DNA of 64,000 nucleotides. Source: an uncultured Acidobacteriaceae bacterium (GTDB lineage Bacteria; Acidobacteriota; Terriglobia; Terriglobales; Acidobacteriaceae). Shown here piece by piece: positions 19,040-29,530 of this stretch. Under the pieces are notes generated by a model. The model had not been told where the DNA came from. It saw nothing but the letters and a program-made list of their open reading frames with translations, and did no database searches. Positions within the stretch are counted from its first letter, which is position 1. Every line of letters starts with the position of its first letter. The stretch covers positions 34,439 through 98,438 of the forward strand of contig CAWBEP010000017.1 in assembly GCA_963787915.1 (NCBI GenBank), read 5' to 3'. Both the position numbers and the translations under genes were made by a program.

Positions 19040-22000
19040 TCAGAAGTAGAACTTGCCTGCCAGCTGCACAGCGCGGCCCGGCTGCGGATCAGCATTCGGC
19101 TCCGATGACTGGATGACGCTGGTGATGTTGCCGAAGCTCTGGCTGCTGTAGTTACCGGTCGGCCCGGCGAAGTTGGCGTGGTTGAAGGCGTTAAACGCCT
19201 CGAGGCGGATCTGCGCATAACGCGACCCGTCCGCGTTGATGGGGAAATTCTTCGACAGTTGCAGGTTCGTGTAATTGAAGCCTGGGCCATGGAAGAAGTT
19301 GCGCTTGGTGTTCCCAAATGTCCCAATGGGCTCGAGAGAGAACGGAGTGGTATCGAACCATTGGTTTGTGGCATTGCGGGGATTCATGGTCTTGATATGG
19401 AAGCTGGAGGTATTGGGGTTGTCGCCGCAACCGAAGTAGCTTCCCCCGTCGCACCACAGGGAGCGATCCTCACCCGTCTCCACACTGACCGGGAATCCAG
19501 TTTGGAATGCCGAGACGCCGGCAATCTCCCAGCCGGAGAGCGTTTCCCGCAATAGTGCGTGCGAACGTTCCGCGGCGCCGATAGGCACCGAGTAGATATA
19601 GGACGTGACGAAGCGCTGGCGAGCGTCAAAGTCTGAGTCCCCGTAGTTGAGGTACTTGAAGCCGGGCGTGTAGATGATGTCGCGCCCGTGGCTGCCGGTG
19701 GAGCTCTCATAGCCTGAGCCGTTGTCGAGAGCGTGGGAGTAGGTGTAGGCGAAAGTCAGCTGGAGACCGTGCGTCGGTGCTTTGACCAGGCTGGCCTGCA
19801 GCGAGTTGTAGTTGGAAGTACCCTCGGTATCCTGTTCGCCGATGCTTCTGTACCAGGGCAAGCCGTTTGGAAATCCTCCTAAGGCTCCGGGAGGATAGGC
19901 CAGGGCCGGGTTGGCAGTGAACTGCGGGAAGTACTCGTGGATGGAGCCGGCGAGTCCGCTGTTGCAGTTGTAGGGGGCCGGGAAACCCGCCGGTACCGAA
20001 CCGGCCAGGCAGGCAGCATGACCCGCTGGCGTTATCGGGTCGCCTTCATACCAGGAGGCGAGACGGCGCCCGAGCGAGCCGACATAGCCAATTTGCGCAA
20101 CCATATTGCTCGGTAACGAACGCTGGATGTTCAGGTTGAAGTTGTAGACGTACGGGACGTTGTAATTCTTGTCGAATGCAGCCAGGTCGAGGAGGTAATA
20201 AAGTCCCGCCCAATCCACACTTCCACCAACAGCGGGCGGTGAATAAGGAAAGGGATTCGGTTCGGATCCGTTGCCGGCTACATCGGCGAAGGGATTGGCG
20301 AAGGCAGGGCTGCCGCCAAAGTCGTTTGCACCGAAGGAGGTGTAAAGGAACGGCGGATCCTCGAGGTTCTGCAGCGACTGCTCTTCCTGATCGCGGTTAA
20401 AGTAGACGCCGAAGGCGCCGCGCACCGAGAAGTCATGCGCGCCCTCGGGGCCAAACAAACGTGCCGGACCGGTTTCCGGAGACCATGCGAAGCCCAGGCG
20501 GGGTCCGAAGTGCGTGTAACGGGTGGTGGGAGAACCGGCTGCGTTGCAGCCCGAGTCGCCCGGGAAGAGCAGTCCCGGAGGACCGCCTGGGAAGACCTTC
20601 GAGGTACCGCTGCCCGCGTAGCAGACGATGCCCAGTCCGCTGAACTGCCTGTTCTGATTCGGCTGCTCGATGTCGTATGCCAGGCCGTAATTGACGGTCA
20701 GGGAGCTGGTGACCTTCCAGTTGTCCTGAGCGTAGGCGTAACGCTCAGACGCGAGCGCGTTGATGAACCCGTCGCTGGTTTGCTCGTATCCGTCGGGAAT
20801 ACCCAATACGAAATCGATAAGTGGGTCGCCGGAACTGTACAGGCCGCCGCCTCCGGTTCCGCCGTCGTAGTAGTAATAGCCGTTGTTGAGATACGCGAAG
20901 GGGTTATCCACCCGGAACTGCTCGAAAGATGCCCCAAACTTCAGGGAATGGTTGCCGCGAATCCAGCTGAAGTTGTCAGCGAAGCTCATATTGCTGTCGA
21001 GCCGGGGCTGAGGGCCTTCATAGCTGAAGCCGAGACTGAAGTAGGATCCGATGCTCAGGTAGGGCAGGCCCGCCTGCTTGATCTCCGGATTGATGGAGAA
21101 GCCATAGGAGCTGGGCTGGACCACCGGAGAGGGCTCGACTGCGGGGAAATTAAAGCGATAATAGCCGCCGCGCAACTCGTTCAGCATGCTGGCGGTAAAG
21201 GTGTGGGTGTAGGAGGCGCTGAAAATCTTGAAGTGCTCAGCCTCAACGGAGGGGAAACCGGGAAAGCTGCTGCCGCCGAAGGCAAGCACCGCGGTTGCTG
21301 GGCTGGACTGGAAGATGGTGGAAGCCCAGATGGTGTCCTTCGAGGTGGGCGTATAGTCCACGCGGATAATGCCCTGATCCTGCGCTGACGTCGCGCCGGC
21401 GTTGAAGTTGTAATACGAAACGCCGCCAATGGTGTCATTGGCCTGAGGAACAAACTGATTCACAATTTTCGCTGCAATCGGATTCCACTCGCTTGTGGGA
21501 ATGTTCACGGTTCCCGAGGGGAAGCACTGCGCCCACGTTTCTCCCGCTGCACAGCCACCAATCGCAAAAGGGATAGGATTGCTGCTGAGCCCAGCGCTGT
21601 CCGGCGCGAAACCGTCGGCGTAGTTTTGGTCGGCCGTGAAGTTCCCGGCGAATTGCGCCGCATTAAGGGTTTGACTGAGGGTCGTGGCGCCGGTGCGGTT
21701 GCGTAGTCCCTGATAGCCGACGAAGAAGAACAGCTTGTTCTTAATCACCGGACCGCCCAGCGTTCCGCCGTAAAGGTTCTGGTGAAACTCCGGCCGAATC
21801 GTCGAAAAGTAATTGCCGTTGTTCAGGAAGGTGTCGCGGTAGTATTCAAAGCCGCTGCCGTGGAGAGCATTGCTGCCCGATTTGATGACCTGGTTGACGA
21901 CCTGGCCGGAGTTGCGGGCGAATTCCGGATTCAGCGTGCTGGTGACGATGTTCTCTTCGGAGAGAGCGTCAGGATTCACCTGAAGGCCTTCGTTCTGCAG

Positions 22001-22603
22001 CGGGCCGTCGTTGATATCGGTGCCATTCACCAGATAGGAATTTTGGGGTGTCTGACTGCCGTTGCTGGAGAAGCTGCCAAATCGATCGGAAGATTCCACG
22101 ACGCCCGGTTCGAGCTTGGCGAGACCGGCCGGATCACGGCCTTCCAATGGGATCTGCTCCAGCTGATCGGACGAAACGATCTGTTTGAGCTGGGTGTCGG
22201 AGGTATCCACCTGGACGGCGGTGGCCGCCACATTGATGGTCTGCGAACCACCCCCTACCTTCAGGGCTGCATCCACGTCGCGATTGTCGTTGACGTTCAA
22301 ATTCAAACCGGAGGAAACGAAGGTCTGAAATCCGGGCGCGACGATGGTGACTGTATAAGGACCGCCGACCTGCAGCTGGGGCAGGATGTAGTAGCCCTTT
22401 TCGTCCGCGGCGGCTTTGGTCGATATACCGGTGCTGGTATTCAGGACGGTCACACTGGCATTGGGAATTACGGCGCCCGAAGCGTCCGTGACTGTGCCGT
22501 GGATGACCGCGTAAACACTTTGTGCCTCGGAGCGGGGTGCGCTGCAAACAAGCAGACTGAGGGAGAGCAGAGCGATCGACCAGCGATTGCGCCTGAAGTT
22601 CAT
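19040..22603 (-). CDS. TonB-dependent outer-membrane receptor with N-terminal CarboxypepD_reg domain
   Basis: ATG at 22601-22603 follows GGAGGA. Signal peptide is followed by VYAVIHGTVTDASGAVIPNASVTV (carboxypeptidase-regulatory fold). The C-terminus ends ...AGKFYF, an aromatic OMP terminus. Confidence 0.85.
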   Translation of the reverse strand: MNFRRNRWSIALLSLSLLVCSAPRSEAQSVYAVIHGTVTDASGAVIPNASVTVLNTSTGISTKAAADEKGYYILPQLQVGGPYTVTIVAPGFQTFVSSGLNLNVNDNRDVDAALKVGGGSQTINVAATAVQVDTSDTQLKQIVSSDQLEQIPLEGRDPAGLAKLEPGVVESSDRFGSFSSNGSQTPQNSYLVNGTDINDGPLQNEGLQVNPDALSEENIVTSTLNPEFARNSGQVVNQVIKSGSNALHGSGFEYYRDTFLNNGNYFSTIRPEFHQNLYGGTLGGPVIKNKLFFFVGYQGLRNRTGATTLSQTLNAAQFAGNFTADQNYADGFAPDSAGLSSNPIPFAIGGCAAGETWAQCFPSGTVNIPTSEWNPIAAKIVNQFVPQANDTIGGVSYYNFNAGATSAQDQGIIRVDYTPTSKDTIWASTIFQSSPATAVLAFGGSSFPGFPSVEAEHFKIFSASYTHTFTASMLNELRGGYYRFNFPAVEPSPVVQPSSYGFSINPEIKQAGLPYLSIGSYFSLGFSYEGPQPRLDSNMSFADNFSWIRGNHSLKFGASFEQFRVDNPFAYLNNGYYYYDGGTGGGGLYSSGDPLIDFVLGIPDGYEQTSDGFINALASERYAYAQDNWKVTSSLTVNYGLAYDIEQPNQNRQFSGLGIVCYAGSGTSKVFPGGPPGLLFPGDSGCNAAGSPTTRYTHFGPRLGFAWSPETGPARLFGPEGAHDFSVRGAFGVYFNRDQEEQSLQNLEDPPFLYTSFGANDFGGSPAFANPFADVAGNGSEPNPFPYSPPAVGGSVDWAGLYYLLDLAAFDKNYNVPYVYNFNLNIQRSLPSNMVAQIGYVGSLGRRLASWYEGDPITPAGHAACLAGSVPAGFPAPYNCNSGLAGSIHEYFPQFTANPALAYPPGALGGFPNGLPWYRSIGEQDTEGTSNYNSLQASLVKAPTHGLQLTFAYTYSHALDNGSGYESSTGSHGRDIIYTPGFKYLNYGDSDFDARQRFVTSYIYSVPIGAAERSHALLRETLSGWEIAGVSAFQTGFPVSVETGEDRSLWCDGGSYFGCGDNPNTSSFHIKTMNPRNATNQWFDTTPFSLEPIGTFGNTKRNFFHGPGFNYTNLQLSKNFPINADGSRYAQIRLEAFNAFNHANFAGPTGNYSSQSFGNITSVIQSSEPNADPQPGRAVQLAGKFYF

Positions 22604-23056
22604 GAATCCTCCGGAATTTGTACTGCTGGCAGGGGGGAAGAAAGAGGATTTTCCCCTCTGTGTCTTGAAATTTCGGATGTGAAGCCCGGGACCGAGACCG
22701 GCGTGGGTGGGAACTACTGGCAAAGCTGGAGCCTTCGAGCGGGCTCCTTTTATGTCAACTGCATACATAAGCAACAGGTGACTGTTTGCACTCTGCATAC
22801 CAATGCCGGGCCAGCCAGAAAACTCGCGCAGGATCGGGCACCCAATCAGCAACGCCTGGATACAAGTACTTATTTATCTGTGACTAAAGCAGGAGATTGC
22901 GTGTCGCGATCCCGGCCGGAAGCCAGAGTTGGGGGCAGGCTTATTCCGAACCAGATCGGACGGTTTTAGCAAACTGTAGGGACACCCGTTTCATCTATGA
23001 AAAATGGAATTGGTGCGATTGGACGGGCGTCGCGGTTGTAGCTCTTTTGCCCCGGT

Positions 23057-23332
23057 TTAAATGCCCAGTTTCTTCACTTCCTCGTTGTAGTACTTGCGGT
23101 AGAGAATGTCCCATTCCTGGGACCCTTCGGGAATGATGCGGCGCTGAGACTCAATCTTCTGGCGGGCGGCCACATCGATGCGCATTTCCTCGAGCAGCAG
23201 GTGCTCGAGAGCCTTCCGCGCTTCCTGGCGAACCGTATTGCGTTCCTCCAGAAAATCGCATTCGGGAGTTTCGGCGAGGGTATCTGCGACCACGTGAGCC
23301 AGCTTGTTGAGTTTGTCGCGCGTGATTCTCAC
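23057..23332 (-). CDS. DUF507 family protein
   Basis: C-terminal ...EGSQEWDILYRKYYNEEVKK matches the DUF507 signature as I recall it. Confidence 0.7.
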   Translation of the reverse strand: MRITRDKLNKLAHVVADTLAETPECDFLEERNTVRQEARKALEHLLLEEMRIDVAARQKIESQRRIIPEGSQEWDILYRKYYNEEVKKLGI

Positions 23333-23616
23333 AGCACCGCCTTGTATTTGCGGGCGAGCTCCGTCTTGACCTTCTTAAACATCTCGGAGTAGCTTGCGCC
23401 GGTGCGGTTCATCTCGTCCTGGTACGCGTCGAGGATGACGCGGACTTCCTCATTGATGCGGTCCTCGAGGGAGAGCTCTTCGAGGATGGCGGCGTTGACG
23501 CGCTCCTCGACAGCCTTGGGTTTGGTGGTTTGGATCGCTTTGGCGTCGATGAGGCTTTTTACGGTGTGTCGCGCCAGGTAGCCGATGTACTCGCGGGAAA
23601 AGATCATGGAACTCAT
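23329..23616 (-). CDS. DUF507 family protein (paralog)
   Basis: 95-aa product starting at the ATG at 23614-23616 (MSSMIFSREY...). Its stop overlaps the next gene's start by 4 nt. The rest of listed ORF 23329..24153 is a spurious extension. Confidence 0.65.
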   Translation of the reverse strand: MSSMIFSREYIGYLARHTVKSLIDAKAIQTTKPKAVEERVNAAILEELSLEDRINEEVRVILDAYQDEMNRTGASYSEMFKKVKTELARKYKAVL

Positions 23617-23798
23617 TCGGAATATAGCACATGGAAAGCGGCAGGTAGCCGCTGGCGAGGATGGCAGAAGGGCTGGCCAGCACCGAGCGGGAACCCTTTG
23701 GTAAAAAGTGTTTAGCGAAAAACCGCGTATCGAAAAGGCAGCAGTAGAAGGAAGGCAGCAGTAGAAGACAGCGCAGGCGCGCGAACAGAGAACTTTGC

Positions 23799-24407
23799 CT
23801 AGATTGGCGGCCGTCCGGCTTCCCGGGTTAGTTCTACGATTTTGCGGGGAGGAAGGAGCCAGATCACGGCGACGATGACGATCATGCCGATGGCGATCCA
23901 CGGAGAGAAGAACGCCACGGGAATTGCTCCCACATAAAGGCAAAAGGAGGCTGCCTGCTTGACGACGCCGCTCGCTGGAGGCGTATTCGTGCGGCGGTGG
24001 ATGAGGTTGGAGAGAGCCATCCAGGAAACCCCCGGGAAAGCGCAAACAACTGCGTAGAGCGCGACGGAGAAGGATGAAATGCCGCGGACCGCAACCCAGT
24101 TGGTGGCCAGGGGGATGAGCGACAGGGAGAACAGGACAGCCAGGTTGGACCAAAGAATGCCGTGACTGACCTGATCAAGGTCGTCGATGAGGTAGTGGTG
24201 GTTGACCCAATAGATGCCGATTTGAATGAAGCTCAGGAGATAGACGAGGACGAGCGGAAGCTCGGAACGGAGGGCATTGAGGTCGCTTGTTTCCCGGCTG
24301 GGAATGTGAAGTTCCAGAACCATGATGGTAATGATGACCGCGATGACGCCGTCAGAAAAGGCTTCAAGGCGGGCAGGCGTGAGGTGGTCTGGTTTTTGTT
24401 CGGGCAT
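23799..24407 (-). CDS. TMEM175-family potassium channel homolog (DUF1211)
   Basis: RLEAFSDGVIAVIITIMVLEL carries the RxxxFSD signature helix. Six TM segments are predicted. Confidence 0.8.
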   Translation of the reverse strand: MPEQKPDHLTPARLEAFSDGVIAVIITIMVLELHIPSRETSDLNALRSELPLVLVYLLSFIQIGIYWVNHHYLIDDLDQVSHGILWSNLAVLFSLSLIPLATNWVAVRGISSFSVALYAVVCAFPGVSWMALSNLIHRRTNTPPASGVVKQAASFCLYVGAIPVAFFSPWIAIGMIVIVAVIWLLPPRKIVELTREAGRPPI

Positions 24408-24425
24408 AGGTTGAATGGAACTTAG

Positions 24426-25769
24426 TTATTCCTTCCGCTTTGTTCCGCGGATCTTCCGGACCTCCTCCATGCGCTGGGCGAGCAGTTTCTCCCGGCCTTC
24501 CTGCGTGGGGTGGTAGTAGCTTCGGCCGCTGAGGGCTTTCGGTAAACATTCCATGTCGGCGACGCGACCCTCGACATCGTGGGCATACTCATAGCCCTTT
24601 CCATAATCGAGTTCCTTCATGAGCCTGGTTGAGGCGTTGCGCAGGTGGAGGGGCACCGGCTCCTGGCGGGTGCTCTCGATGTCGGCGAGAACAGCGCCGT
24701 AGCCGGTGTACAGGGCGTTCGATTTCGGCGCGAGGGCGAGGTAAACCGCCGCTTCAGCCAAGGCCAGATCGCCTTCGGGGCTGCCCAGAAAATCAACGGT
24801 TTCTTTGGCGGCCAAAGTAATGTGCAGGGCTTCGGGAGAGGCAAGTCCGATGTCCTCGACGGCCATGCGGACCAGTCGACGCGCAATATAGAGCGGGTCT
24901 TCGCCCGCCTGCAGCATGCGGCCCAGCCAGTACATCGATGCGTCGGCGTCGGAGTTGCGGATGGATTTGTGCAGTGCGGAGATGAGGTTATAGTGTTCCT
25001 CGCCGGATTTGTCGTAGATCAGCACCCGCTGCTGAAGCGCTTCGGTGGCAATCTCACGCGTGATAACGGCGGACTGGCTGCCGGTGTGCGATGGCGCGAG
25101 CCTGGCCGCGACCTCCAAGGCATTGAGTCCGTTGCGAGCGTCACCTGAGGCATAGGAAGCGAGTAGTTCCAGAGCTCCTTCGGCAGCGGTGAGGTGTTGC
25201 GCGCCGAGGCCGCGCTCCGTGTCGGCCAGAGCACGCTCGAGCAAACTGACGATTTGATCATCGGTTAGAGCCTTCAGGGTGTAGACGCGGCAGCGGGAAA
25301 GAAGCGCAGAGTTGATCTCGAAGGACGGATTCTCAGTGGTCGCCCCGATCAGCCGGATGGAGCCGCGCTCGACCCAGGGGAGAAACGCGTCCTGTTGTGC
25401 GCGGTTGAAGCGGTGAATCTCATCGATGAACAGGATAGTCCGCGTGCCCCAGGAGGCGGCTTTCTCCGCATCCGCCATCACCTGCTTGATCTCCTTGATG
25501 CCGGCGAGAACAGCGGAGAATTCGATAAAGGTAGCCTTGGTGGTCTCGGCGATGATCTTGGCGAGGGTGGTTTTGCCGACGCCGGGAGGTCCCCAGAAAA
25601 TCATCGAAGATGCGTCGTCGCGCTCGATCTGGACTCGGAGGGGTTTGCCGGGTCCGAGCAAATGCTCCTGCCCGAGAAACTCGTCGAGGGAGCGGGGTCG
25701 CATGCGCTCGGCGAGCGGCGCTGGAACGGCGCGGGTGGTGGATTCGGGGGTGGGGTTGAAGAGGCTCAT
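24426..25769 (-). CDS. rarA: replication-associated recombination protein A (AAA+ ATPase)
   Basis: Walker [10 protein letters not shown], Walker [11 protein letters not shown] and a MgsA C-terminal domain. Confidence 0.9.
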   Translation of the reverse strand: MSLFNPTPESTTRAVPAPLAERMRPRSLDEFLGQEHLLGPGKPLRVQIERDDASSMIFWGPPGVGKTTLAKIIAETTKATFIEFSAVLAGIKEIKQVMADAEKAASWGTRTILFIDEIHRFNRAQQDAFLPWVERGSIRLIGATTENPSFEINSALLSRCRVYTLKALTDDQIVSLLERALADTERGLGAQHLTAAEGALELLASYASGDARNGLNALEVAARLAPSHTGSQSAVITREIATEALQQRVLIYDKSGEEHYNLISALHKSIRNSDADASMYWLGRMLQAGEDPLYIARRLVRMAVEDIGLASPEALHITLAAKETVDFLGSPEGDLALAEAAVYLALAPKSNALYTGYGAVLADIESTRQEPVPLHLRNASTRLMKELDYGKGYEYAHDVEGRVADMECLPKALSGRSYYHPTQEGREKLLAQRMEEVRKIRGTKRKE

Positions 25770-26635
25770 CGAGCGGCTCTTTGCCGGGCCGCTTCGTACA
25801 GCAGAACGCTGGCAGCGACAGCGGCGTTCAGGGATTCCACGGGTCCCGGCATCGGGATGCTGATTCGCGCATCGGCTCGGTCGAGCAATTCGGCGGAGAG
25901 GCCACTGCCTTCGTTGCCGATCAGAAAGGCGACCGGGCCGGTAAGGTCGGCCTCGGAGCAGGGAATCGCCTCGACATCATCGGAGGCCGGAACGGCGGCG
26001 AAGATCCTGATCTGTCGATCAGTGAGCGCGGAGAACGCCTGCGACGACTTCTCGCAAAAAACGGGAACGCGGAAAGCCGAGCCCGCGGAGGCGCGGAGTG
26101 CTTTGGAGTTCCAGACGCTCACAGTGCCCGGGAGAGCAATGACGCCACTGGCGCCGAAGGCTTCTGCCGAGCGAATGAGCGTACCGAAGTTTCCGGGATC
26201 CTGGAGTGCTGCAGAGAGAATAACGAGCGGGTTCTGGTTGGTTGAGGCGGACATGGCCTCCGCAAGAGAGAAGAGCGGTGGCTCTACGAGGGCAGCGATG
26301 CCTTGCGGAGATTCAGTCTCAACGGCGCTGTCGAAGACGGCGGGAGTGAGCTCTACGACAGGAACAGGAGAAGGAAGAGCGAGGCGATCGAGCGCACGCA
26401 GGCTGCCATCGCGACGGATTGCATCGGTTGCTGTTGGGTCGCGACGGACGAAGACGGTTCGTAAACGCAATCCGCTTCGGAGAGCCTCGGCCAGCAGATG
26501 CTCGCCCTCGATGCCGATTACTTCAGATACCTCCCGGCCGCTGCGAAGGAACGCGGCGCGCAATTCGCGTACCCGGGCATTCTGGCGACTCTGTACAATG
26601 CTGATGAGGCGCGAACGATCCGGAGCCGTTGGCAT
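25766..26635 (-). CDS. TrmH/SpoU-family RNA 2'-O-methyltransferase
   Basis: SpoU motifs are present (LIGNEGSGLS, IPMPGPVESLNAAVA). The stop overlaps the rarA start by 4 nt. Confidence 0.85.
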   Translation of the reverse strand: MPTAPDRSRLISIVQSRQNARVRELRAAFLRSGREVSEVIGIEGEHLLAEALRSGLRLRTVFVRRDPTATDAIRRDGSLRALDRLALPSPVPVVELTPAVFDSAVETESPQGIAALVEPPLFSLAEAMSASTNQNPLVILSAALQDPGNFGTLIRSAEAFGASGVIALPGTVSVWNSKALRASAGSAFRVPVFCEKSSQAFSALTDRQIRIFAAVPASDDVEAIPCSEADLTGPVAFLIGNEGSGLSAELLDRADARISIPMPGPVESLNAAVAASVLLYEAARQRAAR

Positions 26636-26848
26636 GGGGGGATTCTAACCTCTCCACCGTCCTGCGGTCCTGACCAGGAAGTTCGATGCAGCCGGCTCTG
26701 AAGGGATTGGGCAGCAATTGCTGTGTCCGGATGATCTTCCGGATGCAATCACTGGGTGGGGATTTCACCCAGCGCCTGACAGGCTTCGATCGGAACCGGT
26801 TTCGTCCAGGGATTCGCTGCGCGCCCACGTTGCTGGACGGGAGAGGCC

Positions 26849-27496
26849 TTGTCAGCAGAGATTCTGCGCATCCATCCGGACGAGCCTGAACAGGACCGGA
26901 TCGAATACGTCGCCACCTGCATTCGCGCCGGCAAAGTCGTGGGGATTCCCACCGATACGTTCTACGGTCTCGCCGTGGATCCGGTGAATCTGCGGGCGGT
27001 GGAAAGCATCTACGAGATCAAATCGCGGCTTAAGCAAAAGCCACTCTCACTGTTGGTCTCCGGGCTCTCGCAGGCTTACGAACTCGCCCGCGAAAGTGGG
27101 ATTTGTTTCGACCTGCTGGCCGAGCGTTTCTGGCCAGGGCCGCTGACCGTGATCGTGAAAGCCAGCTCGCGTCTGCCCCTGCGCAGCACGGCGAACACCG
27201 GTAACGTGGCTTTGCGCGTACCGGATGCGGCGATTCCGCGCGCAGTGGTAGCCGCTCTGGGCCTGCCCATCACCGCAACTTCCGCCAATCTGGCAGGCCT
27301 GCCGGAGTGCACCTACGCAGCCTGCGTGCGCGACCAGATCGGCGACCGAATTCCGCTGATTATCGACGGCGGCCCAACTGGGCGCAGCGTGCCGACGACC
27401 ATTGTCGATCTTTCCGGACCCGACGGATCGTGGCAGATTCTCCGGGAGGGGGCGATTCCGACGCACGCTATCGCGCTCGCTCTGCAGGAGCGATGA
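26849..27496 (+). CDS. tsaC: L-threonylcarbamoyladenylate synthase (TsaC/YwlC short form)
   Basis: Motifs GIPTDTFYGLAVDP, KQKPLSLLV and TSANLAG. The start codon is TTG. Confidence 0.85.
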   Translation: MSAEILRIHPDEPEQDRIEYVATCIRAGKVVGIPTDTFYGLAVDPVNLRAVESIYEIKSRLKQKPLSLLVSGLSQAYELARESGICFDLLAERFWPGPLTVIVKASSRLPLRSTANTGNVALRVPDAAIPRAVVAALGLPITATSANLAGLPECTYAACVRDQIGDRIPLIIDGGPTGRSVPTTIVDLSGPDGSWQILREGAIPTHAIALALQER

Positions 27497-28134
27497 TTGT
27501 TCCGGATGACAACCTAAGAACGGCTCGGCGGAAGCCGAGGGCGACGCGTCCGCGGGTGCTGCTTTGGACGGCGGGCGTACTGGTCGCGGTTGGGCTGGGC
27601 TGGGTGTTATGGGTCGATGAGCAGATTCGCTATTTTGCCCATCGCGACGAGTCGCGTCCCGCGGATGCGATCGCGGTTTTCGGGGCGGCTGAATACGATG
27701 GCCGGCCGTCGCCGGTGTTACGGGCCCGGCTCGATCACGCCTTGCAGCTTTACCAGCGAGGCCTCGCACCACTCATGATTACACTGGGCGGCGGTGATCC
27801 CGCTGATCGGCATTCCGAAGGCGGAGTCGGGCACGATTACCTCATTGCTCATGGCGTTCCGGAGAGCGCGATCATCGCGGAAACGCAGAGCGACAACACG
27901 GAGCAGTCCGCCGAACGACTCGCGGTGATCGCTCGCGTCAACGGCCTGAAAAACATCGTCGTGGTCAGTGATGGAACGCATCTGTTTCGAATCCACGCCA
28001 TTTGCGAGAAGGACGGGCTCACGGTTTACACCTCACCCCGGCCCGTCGGGCGCAGTATCCCGGAGCAGCAGCGCGTGGAACGCCTCCTGCATGAGGTTGT
28101 GAGTTATACGGCCTGGCGGCTGCACGTGCATTGA
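27493..28134 (+). CDS. DUF218 / YdcF-like membrane-anchored protein
   Basis: The ATG at 27493 overlaps the tsaC stop (ATGA). A TM anchor is followed by AIAVFGAAEYDGRPSPVLRARLDHA and the VVSDGTHLFR motif. Confidence 0.75.
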   Translation: MIVPDDNLRTARRKPRATRPRVLLWTAGVLVAVGLGWVLWVDEQIRYFAHRDESRPADAIAVFGAAEYDGRPSPVLRARLDHALQLYQRGLAPLMITLGGGDPADRHSEGGVGHDYLIAHGVPESAIIAETQSDNTEQSAERLAVIARVNGLKNIVVVSDGTHLFRIHAICEKDGLTVYTSPRPVGRSIPEQQRVERLLHEVVSYTAWRLHVH

Positions 28135-28141
28135 GCTCGGT

Positions 28142-29008
28142 TCAGCCGCCGAAATGCGTTTCCACATGAAGCTCCCGTGCGACCTCGCCATCGCGCAGCA
28201 TCTGCGCCGCCTTGTTGAGATCAACGCCCTCCGGAACGCGATGGTAGTCGCTGGTGATCTCGTCTTCCTGGTCGCCGATCGTCTTGAAAAAGAGAGCGTG
28301 GCCTGAGATGTGGACGTGGGTCTCAGTGATCTGCCAGCTGCCTGGGCCGACTTCCTCGCGGACGATCTGAAAAGTGCCTCCTGCATTGATACGGCCGAGC
28401 AGACCCCATCCGAACACGACATCGCGATCCAGATGGCCGGCGAGTTTCCTGAGGCGCATCTCCCGCTCATCGACAACCAGCGTGCCGGACATGGCCGCAA
28501 GCACCTTGCCACTCATGCTGTCAGGTGAAAAGTTGGGATCGGGACGGAACGAAAGTGTGACCTCGTCATCGACACGGCCGGTAATCTTCCAGATGAAGGC
28601 TTTGGGCAGCATGTTCATCATGTCGCGGGCCTGCTGGCCATCGTGCTCTTCGGCGCGTTTCTGTCGGGCGCGCAGGGCGGGGTCGGAGATGATTTGCTGG
28701 ATGTGGTTCAGATCGTTCTGGTGCTCTTCGGTGGTTGGAGGGTGGCCATTCTCCTCGACGATTTCGGAGAGGTTGCCCTCGTGCGTCTCTACCACGATTT
28801 TGAGGATGTTCTTTTCCGGCGACTTGTAGGCATCGCGATACATCCACGTTGTATGGTCGTTGGCGTCACCGTAAAGCTCGTTCTTCACCACCGTTCGAAC
28901 GATGTCGTCGGGTGATTGGGTCTGAGCCGCGTGCGCCGGACGAACCCCGGGACTAAGCAGAAGAAAAGGCAACCAGCAAAGGCGGCTGAGCCGCGTCATT
29001 GGGTTCAT
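28142..29008 (-). CDS. secreted hypothetical protein
   Basis: Clear signal peptide (LCWLPFLLLSPGVRPAHAAQ). No domain recognised. Confidence 0.55.
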   Translation of the reverse strand: MNPMTRLSRLCWLPFLLLSPGVRPAHAAQTQSPDDIVRTVVKNELYGDANDHTTWMYRDAYKSPEKNILKIVVETHEGNLSEIVEENGHPPTTEEHQNDLNHIQQIISDPALRARQKRAEEHDGQQARDMMNMLPKAFIWKITGRVDDEVTLSFRPDPNFSPDSMSGKVLAAMSGTLVVDEREMRLRKLAGHLDRDVVFGWGLLGRINAGGTFQIVREEVGPGSWQITETHVHISGHALFFKTIGDQEDEITSDYHRVPEGVDLNKAAQMLRDGEVARELHVETHFGG

Positions 29009-29254
29009 GAACGATCATCCCTGGGGCGAGCAGGGGAAAACGCAGCAATGCTCATAGGCAGAATTTATTTATATCCTTGCGCGGGAGTGATTGACCAGCG
29101 ATGAGCCCAACACCGGCTTCGGAGGAACTCTGCACGAAGCCGCTGTATACCTTGAGTCGCCGGTGCCTGGACTGGTTGCCCGTGGACCACACCGAACCAT
29201 ATTGGCCATTCACGCCGGGGTATGCCATTACAATAGTGCAAGGGATTGATATCG

Positions 29255-29530
29255 ATGCCGCACATGGTCTTTTGCTCGCGCTACAAGCAGGAAATGGAGG
29301 GGTTGGACGAACCTCCTTTCGACAGCGACTTTGGCAACAAGGTCTACAACAATGTTTCGAAAAAGGCGTGGCAGGAGTGGGTTGAGCGCCAGAAGATGCT
29401 CTTAAACGAGTACCGGCTGCAGCCGTGGACGCAGCAGGCGCAGGAGTTTCTCGTCGAGCAGATGGATCAGTTCTTCTTCGGCGAGGGCGCCGCGCTGCCC
29501 AAAGAATACGTTCCTCCGTCGGGACACTAA
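29255..29530 (+). CDS. yggX: Fe(2+)-trafficking / oxidative-damage protection protein YggX
   Basis: MPHMVFCSRYKQEMEGLDEPPF...KKAWQEWVERQKMLLNEYRL parallels E. coli YggX. AGGGA lies 9 nt upstream of the ATG. Confidence 0.8.
   Translation: MPHMVFCSRYKQEMEGLDEPPFDSDFGNKVYNNVSKKAWQEWVERQKMLLNEYRLQPWTQQAQEFLVEQMDQFFFGEGAALPKEYVPPSGH

Noticed and set aside
22604-22852. 83-codon N-terminal extension of the TonB-dependent receptor ORF.
   Set aside because: The internal ATG at 22603 is preceded by GGAGGA and is followed by a canonical signal peptide. The extension has no such features.
22604-22900. Possible cobalamin riboswitch in the receptor leader (GGGGAAAATCC-like and GCCAGTAG-like strings on the minus strand).
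   Set aside because: The elements occur in the wrong order relative to the B12-element consensus, and the B12 box match is poor. I cannot support it without a covariance-model scan.
23617-24153. Upstream 179 codons of listed ORF 23329..24153 (274 aa).
   Set aside because: Only the last 95 codons (from the ATG at 23614-23616) look like a DUF507 protein. The extension is Pro/Arg/Ser-rich and overlaps the TMEM175 gene in another frame.
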